In this document: piece after piece, positions 10,389 to 20,833 of the stretch
Position numbering within the stretch: the stretch's first letter is position 1
Layout: every line of letters begins with the position of its first letter
Source: a phage
Reading direction: 5' to 3' (one strand)
DNA length: 64,000 bases
Sequence record: PX969468.1
Translations under genes and position numbers: made by a program
The notes under the pieces: generated by a model
What the model was told of the DNA's origin: nothing
Database searches by the model: none
What the model saw: only the letters and a program-made list of their open reading frames with translations

Positions 10389-12134
10389 ATGGCGCAAGAC
10401 ATGACAAGCTTCGAGCAGGCGGTAGATCAAGTAATTGTTGATTCTGAACGTTTGCACTTGATTGTCAACGGTAACGCTGTGGATGAAGTTGTCGTAGAGG
10501 ATGGGACCACCATCCCTACGGTACGAAAAGCCATGCTTGACACCCTTTATTTTAAAACGCCACCAATCCCTTGGGCGTATGGTGCATCCACAACAGTTTT
10601 TAACCAGTTGTATGAGTTTAAAGGGGATACAGGCACTCAGTGGTGGTATGCCCCAGCAGCATCAAAATCTAACCCGGTTAGGATGCCAGCAGATCCTTCA
10701 CAATCTCCGAACTGGAGATTATATACCGATTCTGCAGTAATGGCAAAATACTACGCAAAACTTAACAGTCCAAGGTTCGAAGGTGACCCGAGAGCACCTA
10801 CACCTCCAATGGACGATAAGTCCGAGTCTATAGCAAACACAGAGTTTGTTGTTGACTATGTGGATAGTATATTCAAAGCCATGGAGGGGATGAAAGTAAC
10901 TGTAGGGTCTTTGGTAGTAAAAGGTCTTACAGAACTGGCTAACACCATAGTTGGTGGCACCCTTACCATACACGGGCCTGTTAATGGAGCGGATTCTACT
11001 GCACGCTTCAGGAACCTAATCCTTACTGCAAATACTTCTACACTAACTTTTGCGTGGAGCGATCCTAAGCATGCCGACTGGAGAAGCACAGAGCTGCAAC
11101 CTCATGAAGTATCCACCCACAGAGTTATAGCCGACACTATAACCTCTGGGAAACCAGTGGCTAATAACAACGATGTGCATTTTGACGGTCTAGGTAATAA
11201 CTTTTTTGACTACGTGTACATTCGTGGTAATGCCATGAAGGCAGCAACCGAACCGACATTGCAGGTCGATGGGACCACTAGGGTTAAGAACCTTGAGGTG
11301 ACAGGTACCGTTACAGGGATAACCTACTCTGTCGATGGCACCATGATCTACCCTAGCTATATTGAAAGCACGGGTGACGCATTAATAAATGGTGATTTGG
11401 AGGTTGGCGGGTCTGTAGTTATTCGAGGTACGGCCTCTATCCAAAACATAGCTCTGAATACTCTCAGAGTCAATGAGCGTGCAACTTTTGAAGGAGAAGG
11501 GCTTACAGCCAACAAAGGTGTAATTACCGAGCTGACAACCACCACTTTAACTGCAACAACTGCAAACTCTGAAAACTGCAACGTTACCAGAAACTTGCAG
11601 GTAAATGGGGATGTTAGTTTAAACGCAGCAGGTACGGGCACCACCTACCTTCACAACCTTGAAATATCCGGCACAGTGACTGGTTGGCTGCCAGACTTCT
11701 CTAATGTCAACTTTGTCTGTAATGGTATTAACTCTAGTGGTAAGATAACCACCTCTCAAGAAATTGAGGCTGGTAAAACCATCACTGCCCCTACTTTCCA
11801 CGCAGGGAAGGTAGATTTCGATTTAGAGGAGGTTGACGCGTCCAGTGGGACATGGACACCTAACGGGCAGGCCAGTATGTATGTTGTCCACGCTAAAGGG
11901 GATTTTACAATAGGCCAATGGCCTGGAACATCGGCTGAAGATAAACCTTACCCGTTTACTGCAATCATCTATGTCATTCAAGATGCCGTAGGCCACAACG
12001 TGACTTTGCACGATAAATATGCCATACTGTCGGCTACCCCTGTTATTAACAACAAAGCCAACAGCGTCACCTTGCTACAATTGACATATTGTGGTGTTGG
12101 TGATATCGTAGATGTGGTTATTGCACAACGTTAA
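10389..12134 (+). CDS. Tail fibre protein
   Basis: 581 aa, Thr/Gly/Asn-rich beta-type repeats (LEVTGTVTGITYSVDG..), RBS AAGGAGA. Confidence 0.65.
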   Translation: MAQDMTSFEQAVDQVIVDSERLHLIVNGNAVDEVVVEDGTTIPTVRKAMLDTLYFKTPPIPWAYGASTTVFNQLYEFKGDTGTQWWYAPAASKSNPVRMPADPSQSPNWRLYTDSAVMAKYYAKLNSPRFEGDPRAPTPPMDDKSESIANTEFVVDYVDSIFKAMEGMKVTVGSLVVKGLTELANTIVGGTLTIHGPVNGADSTARFRNLILTANTSTLTFAWSDPKHADWRSTELQPHEVSTHRVIADTITSGKPVANNNDVHFDGLGNNFFDYVYIRGNAMKAATEPTLQVDGTTRVKNLEVTGTVTGITYSVDGTMIYPSYIESTGDALINGDLEVGGSVVIRGTASIQNIALNTLRVNERATFEGEGLTANKGVITELTTTTLTATTANSENCNVTRNLQVNGDVSLNAAGTGTTYLHNLEISGTVTGWLPDFSNVNFVCNGINSSGKITTSQEIEAGKTITAPTFHAGKVDFDLEEVDASSGTWTPNGQASMYVVHAKGDFTIGQWPGTSAEDKPYPFTAIIYVIQDAVGHNVTLHDKYAILSATPVINNKANSVTLLQLTYCGVGDIVDVVIAQR

Positions 12135-12142
12135 TATATCTG

Positions 12143-12170
12143 ACCGCTCCTGACGGGGCGGTTTTCTTAT
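12143..12170 (+). terminator. Intrinsic terminator
   Basis: ACCGCTCC-TGAC-GGGGCGGT hairpin followed by TTTCTTAT. Confidence 0.65.
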
Positions 12171-12182
12171 CTGGAGAACACA

Positions 12183-15100
12183 ATGCTTCCAATCCCTTTG
12201 CTAAAACTTGGTCGTCATTTCCTCGATAAGAGGGGTGGAGTTAAGGAACTTGCTGTTCTGTCATACCCAATAGACAACAGTGACGGTACAAGCACTACAG
12301 TGCCATATGTAAATAGCTTAGCCATACTTTTTGACGACGGTCAACTCAATATTACAGGTTACAACAGGTTCGGGGAGTGCAGGACTGGAGATCTTGACAC
12401 GATAAACTACCCAAATGAGGCTGCCTGGAACGTTGATCATGTGTGGAGAGCAGACCGTGCGTTTGTGATCCGAACTTTTGATAATCAGTTTTTCTACATC
12501 GGCTGCACTGCAGGGCTTATTGGATCTGATGCTGCAGGTGGTAATGATGTTTGTGTAAGGGAGTGGACACCTCTTCCTGAACAGATTGTTAAAGGGTTGC
12601 ACCTTGACACCCACCCGGAGCGCCTTGTTGAGGTGATGGGTGGTATTAACAACACTGTCTGGGTTATTGCAGAGGCAGAAGGCACAGGCATACTGAATCT
12701 GTATGGGTCTGGTAACAACACCTACGGATCTTTGCATGTAGATAAAAATCAGCATGCAACCCCTGTAAAGATCGGTGAGACATCGGAAAATCCTGAAACA
12801 GGCCCTTGGAAAAACCCAAGCATTAACTGCGAGGTGCATGACAACTCTGTTATTTTCGGTGGTCCTAGAGGTTTCTGGATTGCTGGATACGACTTTCTGA
12901 GAAATAACAGTAGAAACGACCTTGTTTGGCCTCCTGTGCAGATTACTCGTAACGATTTGAGAGGCATTCCTGCAGATGAGGAGTGGAAAGGGTTTATGTG
13001 TGGTCCTAACGGGGCAATAATTGCCACACAGAGGATGCACAAACCTAATGACCAGCAGCTTGTTAACGTATTCTACGGGCAAGACGTCTGGGGAGATGAC
13101 ACATGGCGTTCCTTAAATATCACCTACACCCATGAGGTGATAATGGCTCGTGGATACGGCACAAGTGGCATTTTCTTCAATAATGGCACTAAGCAGTATC
13201 GTGGGTTCTCTCGCAACTTGTGTAATGATATTGGTGCACAATCTGCAAACAATAGCCCTAGGGCCAATTTTATCCACTATCAAGCTCTTGCTACAGCTAA
13301 ATATGTTGAGCAACGCCTGCCAGTTAGCTGGACAGAGAGTGTTTATTTCCAAGGCATCCACAGAGAAGGTTTCTTAGGGACCTTTACTGTTGTTAATGGT
13401 AAACTTTGGTGGTCAGGCATCCCGAGGGGAAGTTTTGCAGGATCTAACAACCTGTTTGGCGGCAGACTTAATAGTCAGGGGTTCACAGAGGTTCCTGAGA
13501 ATTGGTATAAAAATGTCCCAGTAGACAGTTGGGGTGTTGATGATATTTTCGATGTTAACGGTGTTAGCAGCGTTAGCAATATCTACATTGGTGACACGGT
13601 CAAGATGAAACTGAAGCCTCAGCCAGAGGGGGCTACGTTCATTATTGACAAAATTGAACTGGTAAATGCTGCAGGCACGGTTGTTACAGATGCAAATTAC
13701 CAATTCTCCACCAACTGGAACCACGGTGGGGCCAACGAAGTTGTTGTTACCCAATATAACAGAAATGTTAACAGACGTGGACTGTACTCTGTAAAAATAA
13801 CCTATCATGACAAACATGGCACAGGCAGAACCCACACAACAAGGACTTTGAACTGGAACACTATCGTCCCAGCGTACCCGTCTGATGGTAAATGGCATAC
13901 TGTCGGTAGAAACAAACAGTTCCATGTCAACGATACTGTATACTTTGGGTTGAATGCCGCCCAGCCTGCAGTAGAAGGGGATACATCGTATATGGTCAGA
14001 CTCCATAGAATGGATGCTGGATCAGTAACTTATGATGTTACTCAAGAGATTTATAATCAGCGACGAAATACCTATGATAACTTGGTGCAGACACAGGCCT
14101 TATGGGAGTTCAACCCAAACGGCAGAGGTGGTAAAATGTTGCAGGTCAATGAACAAAACTGGACATCGTTGACTGTTCACGAACACCAAAACCCTTGGCC
14201 TGATCCTGGAAAACCTAACTCTGGTGCTCGTACACTGAAAATTGTCAGCCATGATGTAGGGTATTTCGGAATACGCTGGGAAGCTACAGTAAGATATGCT
14301 GATGGGACAACAAACAACATAGGGATCACTCTTGGTGGCACTAGTGAGGATAACTCACTGAAAATTGCCTACACCCCTAGAGGCATCTCTATTGACAATA
14401 TGGATGTTGTTCGCAACGGTTACGGCGATGTGAATGTCAAAGTTACTCTTGGCGAACATCTTGGTGGGGAAAGGATCATCATGTATGCCTTTGATCATGA
14501 CCCTCGCACCAATGGAACCTATGCAGACCAAGCATGGAGTTACCTGATAAGCGCACCTGAGCCAAATACTAAAGAATTCTACTATGGTATGAAGCGAGAT
14601 GTGTGCAAGAAAACAGGAACACATGACTGGATTGCTATCTGCGTTAAAGATGAGCGCACAGCTTGGGATGAGCCTGTTAACAGATGGTTCATAGGTATTC
14701 CTACCAGAAGTGATAAGTATGTCGCAGAGTATATTGTATGCATGGGCGGTACCAACCTGAACATGTGTTGGAACGAAGATGTAAACAAATACTCTGATTA
14801 TGACTATATGAGGGATTACTCTTGCAATCTGTGGTTTAACCAAACTACAGGTTACCCTCCGCGTCAGGCAAGGGTAAATCCTGCAATCTTTACAGATACT
14901 CAGGTTTTCTTGACAAAACAGGCCAACGAGGTTCAGACCTTCAAGAATAAATACGATCCTAACAAGTGGTTCTACAACTGTTACGGCGCATTTTTCTGGG
15001 GCCCTGGTGAGTTACCTGGTGGAGGATCTTGCTTGAATGAGGCAACTTACGCCAGTGACTACATCATGGGGCAGGTCAAGAAGTATAAGATAATTCCCGG

Positions 15101-17810
15101 TCCTGAAACTCTGGGTAATGCCGTTGACCCTTATATCATCATGACTGCACTGAGATCCAACATGGACGGGACATCCATGTCTATGCAAATTCCGGTAACA
15201 AACGGGTACAAACGTGTTGTGATGATCATTAAGTGCGACTTAATAGGTAAACAAGTTCTTGCAGAAAACGGGACATCCACACATCCTTTTGAGGTTGCTC
15301 TGCACTATCAGTTTGCTGACTCACCTTTTGCAGGCGATAAGAGAATATCTGATACAGATGCACAGCGTTGTAAGAAAGTATTGTTGGGTGCAGGTTGGTG
15401 GTGGTATGAGTTTGATTTAACAGACAAATTCACCGACACGTCTAAAGTTGTAACAGGACTTCGTCTAGACCTTGGTGAGAACATGCACAAAGCTGTTTGT
15501 GATGGCACCTATGGTGACCCTACAATATACCTAAAATATATTTCTTTTGAGCATCCGGAAGATGTTGTCTACGGTCCAAAACTGAGATTGTTTGGCAGTT
15601 GGATTGCAAAAGATAGGGTAGGGATGGGTAAGAAGGTGAGAGGGTTCTTGGTTGATGCAGGAACAGAAGACATGCTGGTTAATGCAGTATGGCCTGAATT
15701 ACCCGGGACTCAGTGGAACAACTCAGCCAAATCTATAAACTGGTTTAACATTCATAGAGCCATGTGGACCACCAACTGCTACTTGTGGAGAGAGCTTAAC
15801 GATCAGGCCTTTGGCTTCAGCGATGGTAGAAGGATGGCGATCATTTGCTGGACAACACTGCAAAGATGTTATGACCATGACTACGAGATTGGGGGCAGGG
15901 CATGGAAAAATATCAGGGACAGAATCATAACCAATTTTGCAGACGACAACGGTGGTGGAGCACATAACTTTGGCACAAGCCGACTCATCCATTTGAACGG
16001 ATCCTCAGCCTACAAGAAAGAAGGTTACTCTGGGTCTATGATCGAGTGGGGTCTGGTGAAAGATGCTCGCGTATTGATGGGCCAGCAACTTGCTGCCGCA
16101 ATAGGTCCCAGCGCAGTGCAGTCGGTTAAACCAGCGTGGTTCGATATTCCAATATGGTCATCTGGAACACCAGGAACTGCTGCAATCAATCCTACTACCG
16201 GGGATCTGGAAATCTCTTGGGAGGACTTGAAGCAGGTTGGGGGCTGGGATAAGACAGGGTACCAGGTGCAATGGTGGAGGTCTGACGGATCGTTAGCTGC
16301 TGATGAGTTTGTTAAGGACAACTTCTACACCATGCCCTCTGCAAAAGCACAACAACTGTTCGGTCAGTCTACCCCGTCAACGATCACCATGTCCATGTGC
16401 TGTAAAGACAACAGGACTGGAGCTTTGGGCCCAAGGGTTGCTAAAGTTTTCTCAGGTATCAAATGGAATCTTCCTGTTCAAAGTGTTGCATGGAAGCAAA
16501 TAGGCGATAACAAGCTGCTAGTTACCCCAGCTTGTCAGTTCAACGCAACTCTTAACGTTGATCCTGCTGTTGCGGCAAACTCAGCTAAAGCTTCTGACTT
16601 CTCTGTGTCTAACACTGCCATGGCAGATGTGAGGAAGATTGACACGCTGAACGCCAGAATTACCTGTAAAAACACTTATGGCACATTTCAGATCATCAAC
16701 AACTTCACAGACGCGGATTCTAAGGTAGTGAGGACAGCAAGCCAGACTCTGAGTTTAGGAACTCTGGCCTATGCGGCCCTGATCACTGAACAGTCAGCAA
16801 CACTCCAAGGGGGTGGTGTAGGCAAGTCCATTACAACACCTGTGTGGAAGCCAAATGAGTGGGTTGTGTTTGATTTGACCGTGGACTTCTCCAGCGATAA
16901 TAACTGGACATGGGTAAGGAATTGCTTGTCACAACTGATGGGTGGTCCAAGCTCCGTTAGTGATAGCCACTACTCCACTGACCCGAGTGTGTTTCAGGTG
17001 GGTAAAACTCACCCGGAGACTGGAGCAACGTTGCCTGACAGGAAGTATGCTTTGGTTTGCATCTCTTACGGGAAGGCAGATGTCACCTTCTCAGGGACAC
17101 ACACTTATAACGGAACCTACAACTTCTCAAGGAAGTATAGTCTCAAAGCAGGGAACATTATAGACGAGGTTGGTGTGCTGTATAATCCTGGCAACGGCAT
17201 AGGGATTGTGGGCGGTAAACTGCAGATGCAGGAACCTTCTATTACCCCTTCCAACGTATCCGGGATTAGAAAGACTTGGGAAAGTAGTAATACCAACATT
17301 GCAACAGTGGATGCCACCACAGGGCTGGTAACATTTAAAGCTACTGGGAATGTCACCATAAAGTTTGTAGTTACAGATGATGCAGGCCGCAAAACGTCTT
17401 CAACATCGTTTACTGTCAGACAGATGGCACCTCAGTGGTTTATTTGGGAAGGAAATCCTCTTGACGGGGCTTACCCTAGACCTGCAGGAACGTCCAATAT
17501 GAGGGTCTTTACCGGTCCGGTCATGAACAATCCGACCACAACCACCAACCCTACATTTTTTGGTGCTTACATACCTGAAATTATTGGCCTACCAAGGAAC
17601 CAGATACAACTGCTTTTCGGAGCAGGTGTTGATGGTCTAGCCACTTTTGGGTACAGTGACAACATTGATGCAGCCAGAAGCTCGGGTTGGATTGGATTTA
17701 AGTTTCAGTGGAACCCTGGTGGTAGAACATTAGGTGTTGCAAGCATAGGTGTTATGCTACCTGGTGACCAGCAATACCATCTCGAAGCTTATACAAACTT
17801 CCCTAGTTAA
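12183..17810 (+). CDS. Large tail-associated protein (1875 aa) with C-terminal Ig-like (Big_2-type) domain
   Basis: Single long ORF; Big_2-like segment (ITPSNVSGIRKTWESSNTNIATVDATTGLVTFKATGNVTIKFVVTDDAGRKTSSTSFTV); Gly/Asn-rich repeats at N-terminus. Confidence 0.7.
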   Translation: MLPIPLLKLGRHFLDKRGGVKELAVLSYPIDNSDGTSTTVPYVNSLAILFDDGQLNITGYNRFGECRTGDLDTINYPNEAAWNVDHVWRADRAFVIRTFDNQFFYIGCTAGLIGSDAAGGNDVCVREWTPLPEQIVKGLHLDTHPERLVEVMGGINNTVWVIAEAEGTGILNLYGSGNNTYGSLHVDKNQHATPVKIGETSENPETGPWKNPSINCEVHDNSVIFGGPRGFWIAGYDFLRNNSRNDLVWPPVQITRNDLRGIPADEEWKGFMCGPNGAIIATQRMHKPNDQQLVNVFYGQDVWGDDTWRSLNITYTHEVIMARGYGTSGIFFNNGTKQYRGFSRNLCNDIGAQSANNSPRANFIHYQALATAKYVEQRLPVSWTESVYFQGIHREGFLGTFTVVNGKLWWSGIPRGSFAGSNNLFGGRLNSQGFTEVPENWYKNVPVDSWGVDDIFDVNGVSSVSNIYIGDTVKMKLKPQPEGATFIIDKIELVNAAGTVVTDANYQFSTNWNHGGANEVVVTQYNRNVNRRGLYSVKITYHDKHGTGRTHTTRTLNWNTIVPAYPSDGKWHTVGRNKQFHVNDTVYFGLNAAQPAVEGDTSYMVRLHRMDAGSVTYDVTQEIYNQRRNTYDNLVQTQALWEFNPNGRGGKMLQVNEQNWTSLTVHEHQNPWPDPGKPNSGARTLKIVSHDVGYFGIRWEATVRYADGTTNNIGITLGGTSEDNSLKIAYTPRGISIDNMDVVRNGYGDVNVKVTLGEHLGGERIIMYAFDHDPRTNGTYADQAWSYLISAPEPNTKEFYYGMKRDVCKKTGTHDWIAICVKDERTAWDEPVNRWFIGIPTRSDKYVAEYIVCMGGTNLNMCWNEDVNKYSDYDYMRDYSCNLWFNQTTGYPPRQARVNPAIFTDTQVFLTKQANEVQTFKNKYDPNKWFYNCYGAFFWGPGELPGGGSCLNEATYASDYIMGQVKKYKIIPGPETLGNAVDPYIIMTALRSNMDGTSMSMQIPVTNGYKRVVMIIKCDLIGKQVLAENGTSTHPFEVALHYQFADSPFAGDKRISDTDAQRCKKVLLGAGWWWYEFDLTDKFTDTSKVVTGLRLDLGENMHKAVCDGTYGDPTIYLKYISFEHPEDVVYGPKLRLFGSWIAKDRVGMGKKVRGFLVDAGTEDMLVNAVWPELPGTQWNNSAKSINWFNIHRAMWTTNCYLWRELNDQAFGFSDGRRMAIICWTTLQRCYDHDYEIGGRAWKNIRDRIITNFADDNGGGAHNFGTSRLIHLNGSSAYKKEGYSGSMIEWGLVKDARVLMGQQLAAAIGPSAVQSVKPAWFDIPIWSSGTPGTAAINPTTGDLEISWEDLKQVGGWDKTGYQVQWWRSDGSLAADEFVKDNFYTMPSAKAQQLFGQSTPSTITMSMCCKDNRTGALGPRVAKVFSGIKWNLPVQSVAWKQIGDNKLLVTPACQFNATLNVDPAVAANSAKASDFSVSNTAMADVRKIDTLNARITCKNTYGTFQIINNFTDADSKVVRTASQTLSLGTLAYAALITEQSATLQGGGVGKSITTPVWKPNEWVVFDLTVDFSSDNNWTWVRNCLSQLMGGPSSVSDSHYSTDPSVFQVGKTHPETGATLPDRKYALVCISYGKADVTFSGTHTYNGTYNFSRKYSLKAGNIIDEVGVLYNPGNGIGIVGGKLQMQEPSITPSNVSGIRKTWESSNTNIATVDATTGLVTFKATGNVTIKFVVTDDAGRKTSSTSFTVRQMAPQWFIWEGNPLDGAYPRPAGTSNMRVFTGPVMNNPTTTTNPTFFGAYIPEIIGLPRNQIQLLFGAGVDGLATFGYSDNIDAARSSGWIGFKFQWNPGGRTLGVASIGVMLPGDQQYHLEAYTNFPS

Positions 17811-17820
17811 CAGGAGGCAA

Positions 17821-17853
17821 ATAAAAAGGGGGCCAGACGGCCCCTTTCTTTTT
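17821..17853. terminator. Bidirectional intrinsic terminator between convergent modules
   Basis: GGGGCC-AGAC-GGCCCC hairpin flanked by A-tract on one side and T-tract on the other. Confidence 0.75.
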
Positions 17854-17857
17854 ATAA

Positions 17858-18058
17858 TTAGTAATATTCCCAACACGACCCATCTTCAGACGGCTGGACA
17901 CGCTTACCTTCATGATCGACATAGGTGTAACCACAGCCTTCACAGATAACAGGGGCCGCATAACCTTCCTTCCACTGGTCCTCTGTGATCAGTCCTTTCA
18001 GATCTCCGCAGTCACGACCAAACAACTCTTCAGAACAATCTTTGCAAAAATCAGCCAT
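17858..18058 (-). CDS. Zinc-ribbon protein (66 aa)
   Basis: CxxC..C..C and CEGCG Cys pairs. Confidence 0.5.
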   Translation of the reverse strand: MADFCKDCSEELFGRDCGDLKGLITEDQWKEGYAAPVICEGCGYTYVDHEGKRVQPSEDGSCWEYY

Positions 18059-18061
18059 TTC

Positions 18062-18508
18062 TCAGTCCTCGCATTTAACAAATTTTTCTACAGATCCACC
18101 AAGCACAGCTTGTTGTTTAATGGCACTTTCTTCATCATAGTGGGTAGATTTATGTTCCGTACCTCCAAACTTACCTGTGTGGAAGGTGTGCACCCAAATC
18201 TCTTTAGGAAGGGATTTATTCTCTTCCTCCACCAACTCCCACATACCCCACAAGTGATCTGTGATATCTCTGATGAAATATCCCTCACCGAGGTTTGTAT
18301 TCACACTATAAGCTGATTCGTGATCTCCGCAAATATAACGGAAGGCAGTGTACTCTTTACCTGGTGTGAAGTGAGTGTCCATTAGTATAGCTGTTAAAGA
18401 ATAAGGGTCTCGAAAGCCTAAGAACTTTAGTTTAACAATTTCGACATTTACATCCGCAAGATTATCCATGACGATCTCCTCTGTTCGGTTGGTGAGATAA
18501 TCATACAT
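18062..18508 (-). CDS. Hypothetical protein (148 aa); weak phosphoesterase-like motifs
   Basis: MDTHF and ICGDHES motifs only; weak. Confidence 0.45.
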   Translation of the reverse strand: MYDYLTNRTEEIVMDNLADVNVEIVKLKFLGFRDPYSLTAILMDTHFTPGKEYTAFRYICGDHESAYSVNTNLGEGYFIRDITDHLWGMWELVEEENKSLPKEIWVHTFHTGKFGGTEHKSTHYDEESAIKQQAVLGGSVEKFVKCED

Positions 18509-18633
18509 AGATCTGGTGTTGGTGTCAAGTTTAATTTTAAGCGATTCTGGGGAGGTATTTTGTTCAGGAGGGTAATCACACAGGGTAGGGCAATTTATGA
18601 AGGCACAGGCCTCGTTTGAGGCCTTAAAATAGG

Positions 18634-19014
18634 TTATGACGCTTTGACGTAGCGCTCTGACAAAGCTGGGAAGCCAAAAGCAGTACCTATACTACCGTAT
18701 GCTACCCACCAGTGAAGTTCATCGTGACACCATTTTCCGATCAGGAAGGTGCTGGGGTAGCGGGTCAGTATTTTGGCATAAGCTTTAGGGTCTGCATCCT
18801 CTGGGATAATGATACTTGGAACATCTTTGTTATGACCACAGCAGCAGTTTAGAGTTTTCAATCCTGCCGCCCATAGACTCATGATAGGCTTAGCCATGCA
18901 CTTATCAAGGCACACACGTTTTTTGCCGTCACGGAGCTTTTTAGGCACATCAACGATAACATTTTGATGCTTGGCACCTTTCACTTTCCAATTATAGGAT
19001 TTACACTTGCACAT
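18634..19014 (-). CDS. Cys-rich hypothetical protein (126 aa)
   Basis: CKCK..., CLDKC, NCCCGHNKD clusters suggest metal binding; GGAG RBS. Confidence 0.5.
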   Translation of the reverse strand: MCKCKSYNWKVKGAKHQNVIVDVPKKLRDGKKRVCLDKCMAKPIMSLWAAGLKTLNCCCGHNKDVPSIIIPEDADPKAYAKILTRYPSTFLIGKWCHDELHWWVAYGSIGTAFGFPALSERYVKAS

Positions 19015-19039
19015 TTAATCAGTCTCCATCTAGAAAGCA

Positions 19040-19215
19040 ATACTTTACTTAAAATCTTTGTCACCTATTACGATTGCACGAATCCACTCATTGTGATGTT
19101 CAATGGCGGTAAGATGTAACATAATGCAGTGATTGTCATTACCAAACACGGTGCGGTAAGCTTTAGCAGCACCATGATATAACTTCCACATCAGGTAATG
19201 ATATCTTCGCCTCAT
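19040..19215 (-). CDS. Possible small protein (58 aa), below ORF-track cutoff
   Basis: ATG overlaps stop of upstream gene (ATGA); His/Tyr-rich; low confidence. Confidence 0.3.
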
Positions 19216-19691
19216 GGCTCTTTCTCCGGTTCAGGATCTGGGTAATCTTCAATAATAAAGGGCCATCCGTTCCGCTTAGCCTCAGACTTGTACTCAATCT
19301 CCTTCATTGCAAACTCTAACTGATTTTTAGCCGGAATACATGCCGGAGAATCATCCACCCAGATGTCAGGGTAGATATCGAACTGCGCCAGGTAGGCTGC
19401 CTTCTGCACACCGCCTGTATAGAACACACCTACGTCCAACTCTTTGCGCCAATACTCAATGTCCACGTTGTCTTGAGTGATGAATCGGAAAGTCACAAGG
19501 TATACTGTCCACCCTTCCTTTTTCAAGTCCCTAATCAGACGGGAGAAGATGAAAGGACTCGCATTAAATGTTCCATCAAAGTCAATGGCAATGATGTGTG
19601 TGCCGTGGCGAGTCTCGTATGGATTGCTTGTGGTAAGATTACTGTAGTTAAAAGGAACTTCTTCCCCGCAGTAGCTGTAGTCCATATTCAC
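19212..19691 (-). CDS. HAD-superfamily phosphatase (nucleotidase-like)
   Basis: Motif I IIAIDFDGT and motif IV DIWVDD. Confidence 0.6.
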   Translation of the reverse strand: MNMDYSYCGEEVPFNYSNLTTSNPYETRHGTHIIAIDFDGTFNASPFIFSRLIRDLKKEGWTVYLVTFRFITQDNVDIEYWRKELDVGVFYTGGVQKAAYLAQFDIYPDIWVDDSPACIPAKNQLEFAMKEIEYKSEAKRNGWPFIIEDYPDPEPEKEP

Positions 19692-19963
19692 ACCTTCTCG
19701 TTGATAAATTTACGGGCGGTTTGGTGAGTTGTTTCTGCTGTCTTCAGAATGATATTAATTTTATTGTCAAGATCATTCATCTCTGCAGTTAATTCAGGAA
19801 TCTCTCCAGCATGCATAGTGAAATCATACATAGACATGCCCAGAATCTCATTGATGCGACGGTTGCATTCTGCAGCACGCTGGTTCATTTTCCAAGCTAA
19901 TACCAAAGCCTCCTGCGTAGCCTCTAGTGCAAAGTCTAATACGTCGGCCTCTTCTTTCGTCAT
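19688..19963 (-). CDS. Hypothetical protein (91 aa)
   Basis: ORF in operon-like array on - strand, overlapping stop/start with neighbours. Confidence 0.45.
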   Translation of the reverse strand: MTKEEADVLDFALEATQEALVLAWKMNQRAAECNRRINEILGMSMYDFTMHAGEIPELTAEMNDLDNKINIILKTAETTHQTARKFINEKV

Positions 19964-20018
19964 CTCAGTCTCTCCTGTTGTATTGTTGGTAGGTGCATGA
20001 ACACCTTATATCTCACTT

Positions 20019-20585
20019 TTATTCAAACTGCAATAGCAAGTCCACCACCGCACTAGGCCTGTCAACAAATTCCCCAGGTCCACATGCCCATAGAGGGTAT
20101 CCATCAACATACCGCCATATCCAACCTGCAGTGTGAAGCTCAAGCAGGGCAGTGCCGTCCTTACTGTCAACCACCCTTTCCCACAGTGTTGGGCAGCGAA
20201 GCTTGAGAATCGGATCACCCCCCTTATACCCGTCCATGTAGATGCCCATTGCAAAGTTCAGCATCATCTTTTTGTGCACTGATCTCTTACTGAGAGTGCT
20301 CATCACTTCCTCTTTGTGAATGTTTGTAAGCTTCTCTTTGGCTACCCGCAGATCGTTGCAACCATTGTTCAGCAGATCTTCCAGACACTTGATCCGAAGG
20401 TCGTGAATGTCTTTGTCGTGTACCGTTGGCACAGGGTCGTAGCGGTATAGCACTGTTGATACAAGGTTGCTCGGGTGTGGGTCTGACAGCAACCCATAAC
20501 CCCAATACTCTTCTGTATCTGAAAGGACAATACACCCAATGTCTCTGTCAAGCTTTCCTGTGTTGTAAGCCACATTGACCGCCAT
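20019..20585 (-). CDS. Hypothetical protein (188 aa)
   Basis: ORF, no recognised motif. Confidence 0.5.
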   Translation of the reverse strand: MAVNVAYNTGKLDRDIGCIVLSDTEEYWGYGLLSDPHPSNLVSTVLYRYDPVPTVHDKDIHDLRIKCLEDLLNNGCNDLRVAKEKLTNIHKEEVMSTLSKRSVHKKMMLNFAMGIYMDGYKGGDPILKLRCPTLWERVVDSKDGTALLELHTAGWIWRYVDGYPLWACGPGEFVDRPSAVVDLLLQFE

Positions 20586-20587
20586 GA

Positions 20588-20833
20588 CTATAGCTCCACT
20601 AACAAAGTGCTTTCAAAGTGCCGTTCATGCAGACCGTTGTAAGGGACCACTTCTACAACGCCATCACGGACATATGGGGCCATCATAGTAGTATAATCTC
20701 CAAACGGGTTGGTATTGTCACTAACCACAACCACCTTCTGCCCTTCCTTGGCAGAGTGCCAGATAGACCTGCACTTCATCAGGTGTTCGAGAGTTCCTGG
20801 TAAAATTTTGTTACGTTCTTTACGGGTCTTCAT
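20588..20833 (-). CDS. Hypothetical protein (81 aa)
   Basis: ORF, tightly packed with neighbours. Confidence 0.45.
   Translation of the reverse strand: MKTRKERNKILPGTLEHLMKCRSIWHSAKEGQKVVVVSDNTNPFGDYTTMMAPYVRDGVVEVVPYNGLHERHFESTLLVEL

Noticed and set aside
12318-13082. 254-aa antisense ORF inside the 1875-aa tail protein gene (and similar antisense ORFs such as 36479-37174 inside the primase-helicase gene)
   Set aside because: Fully embedded opposite well-supported long genes, no SD or promoter, low-complexity translations; typical spurious antisense frames.
18509-18633. AGGCCTC-GTTT-GAGGCCT hairpin between - strand genes as a terminator
   Set aside because: No U-tract on either strand after the stem; more likely an intercistronic stem-loop.
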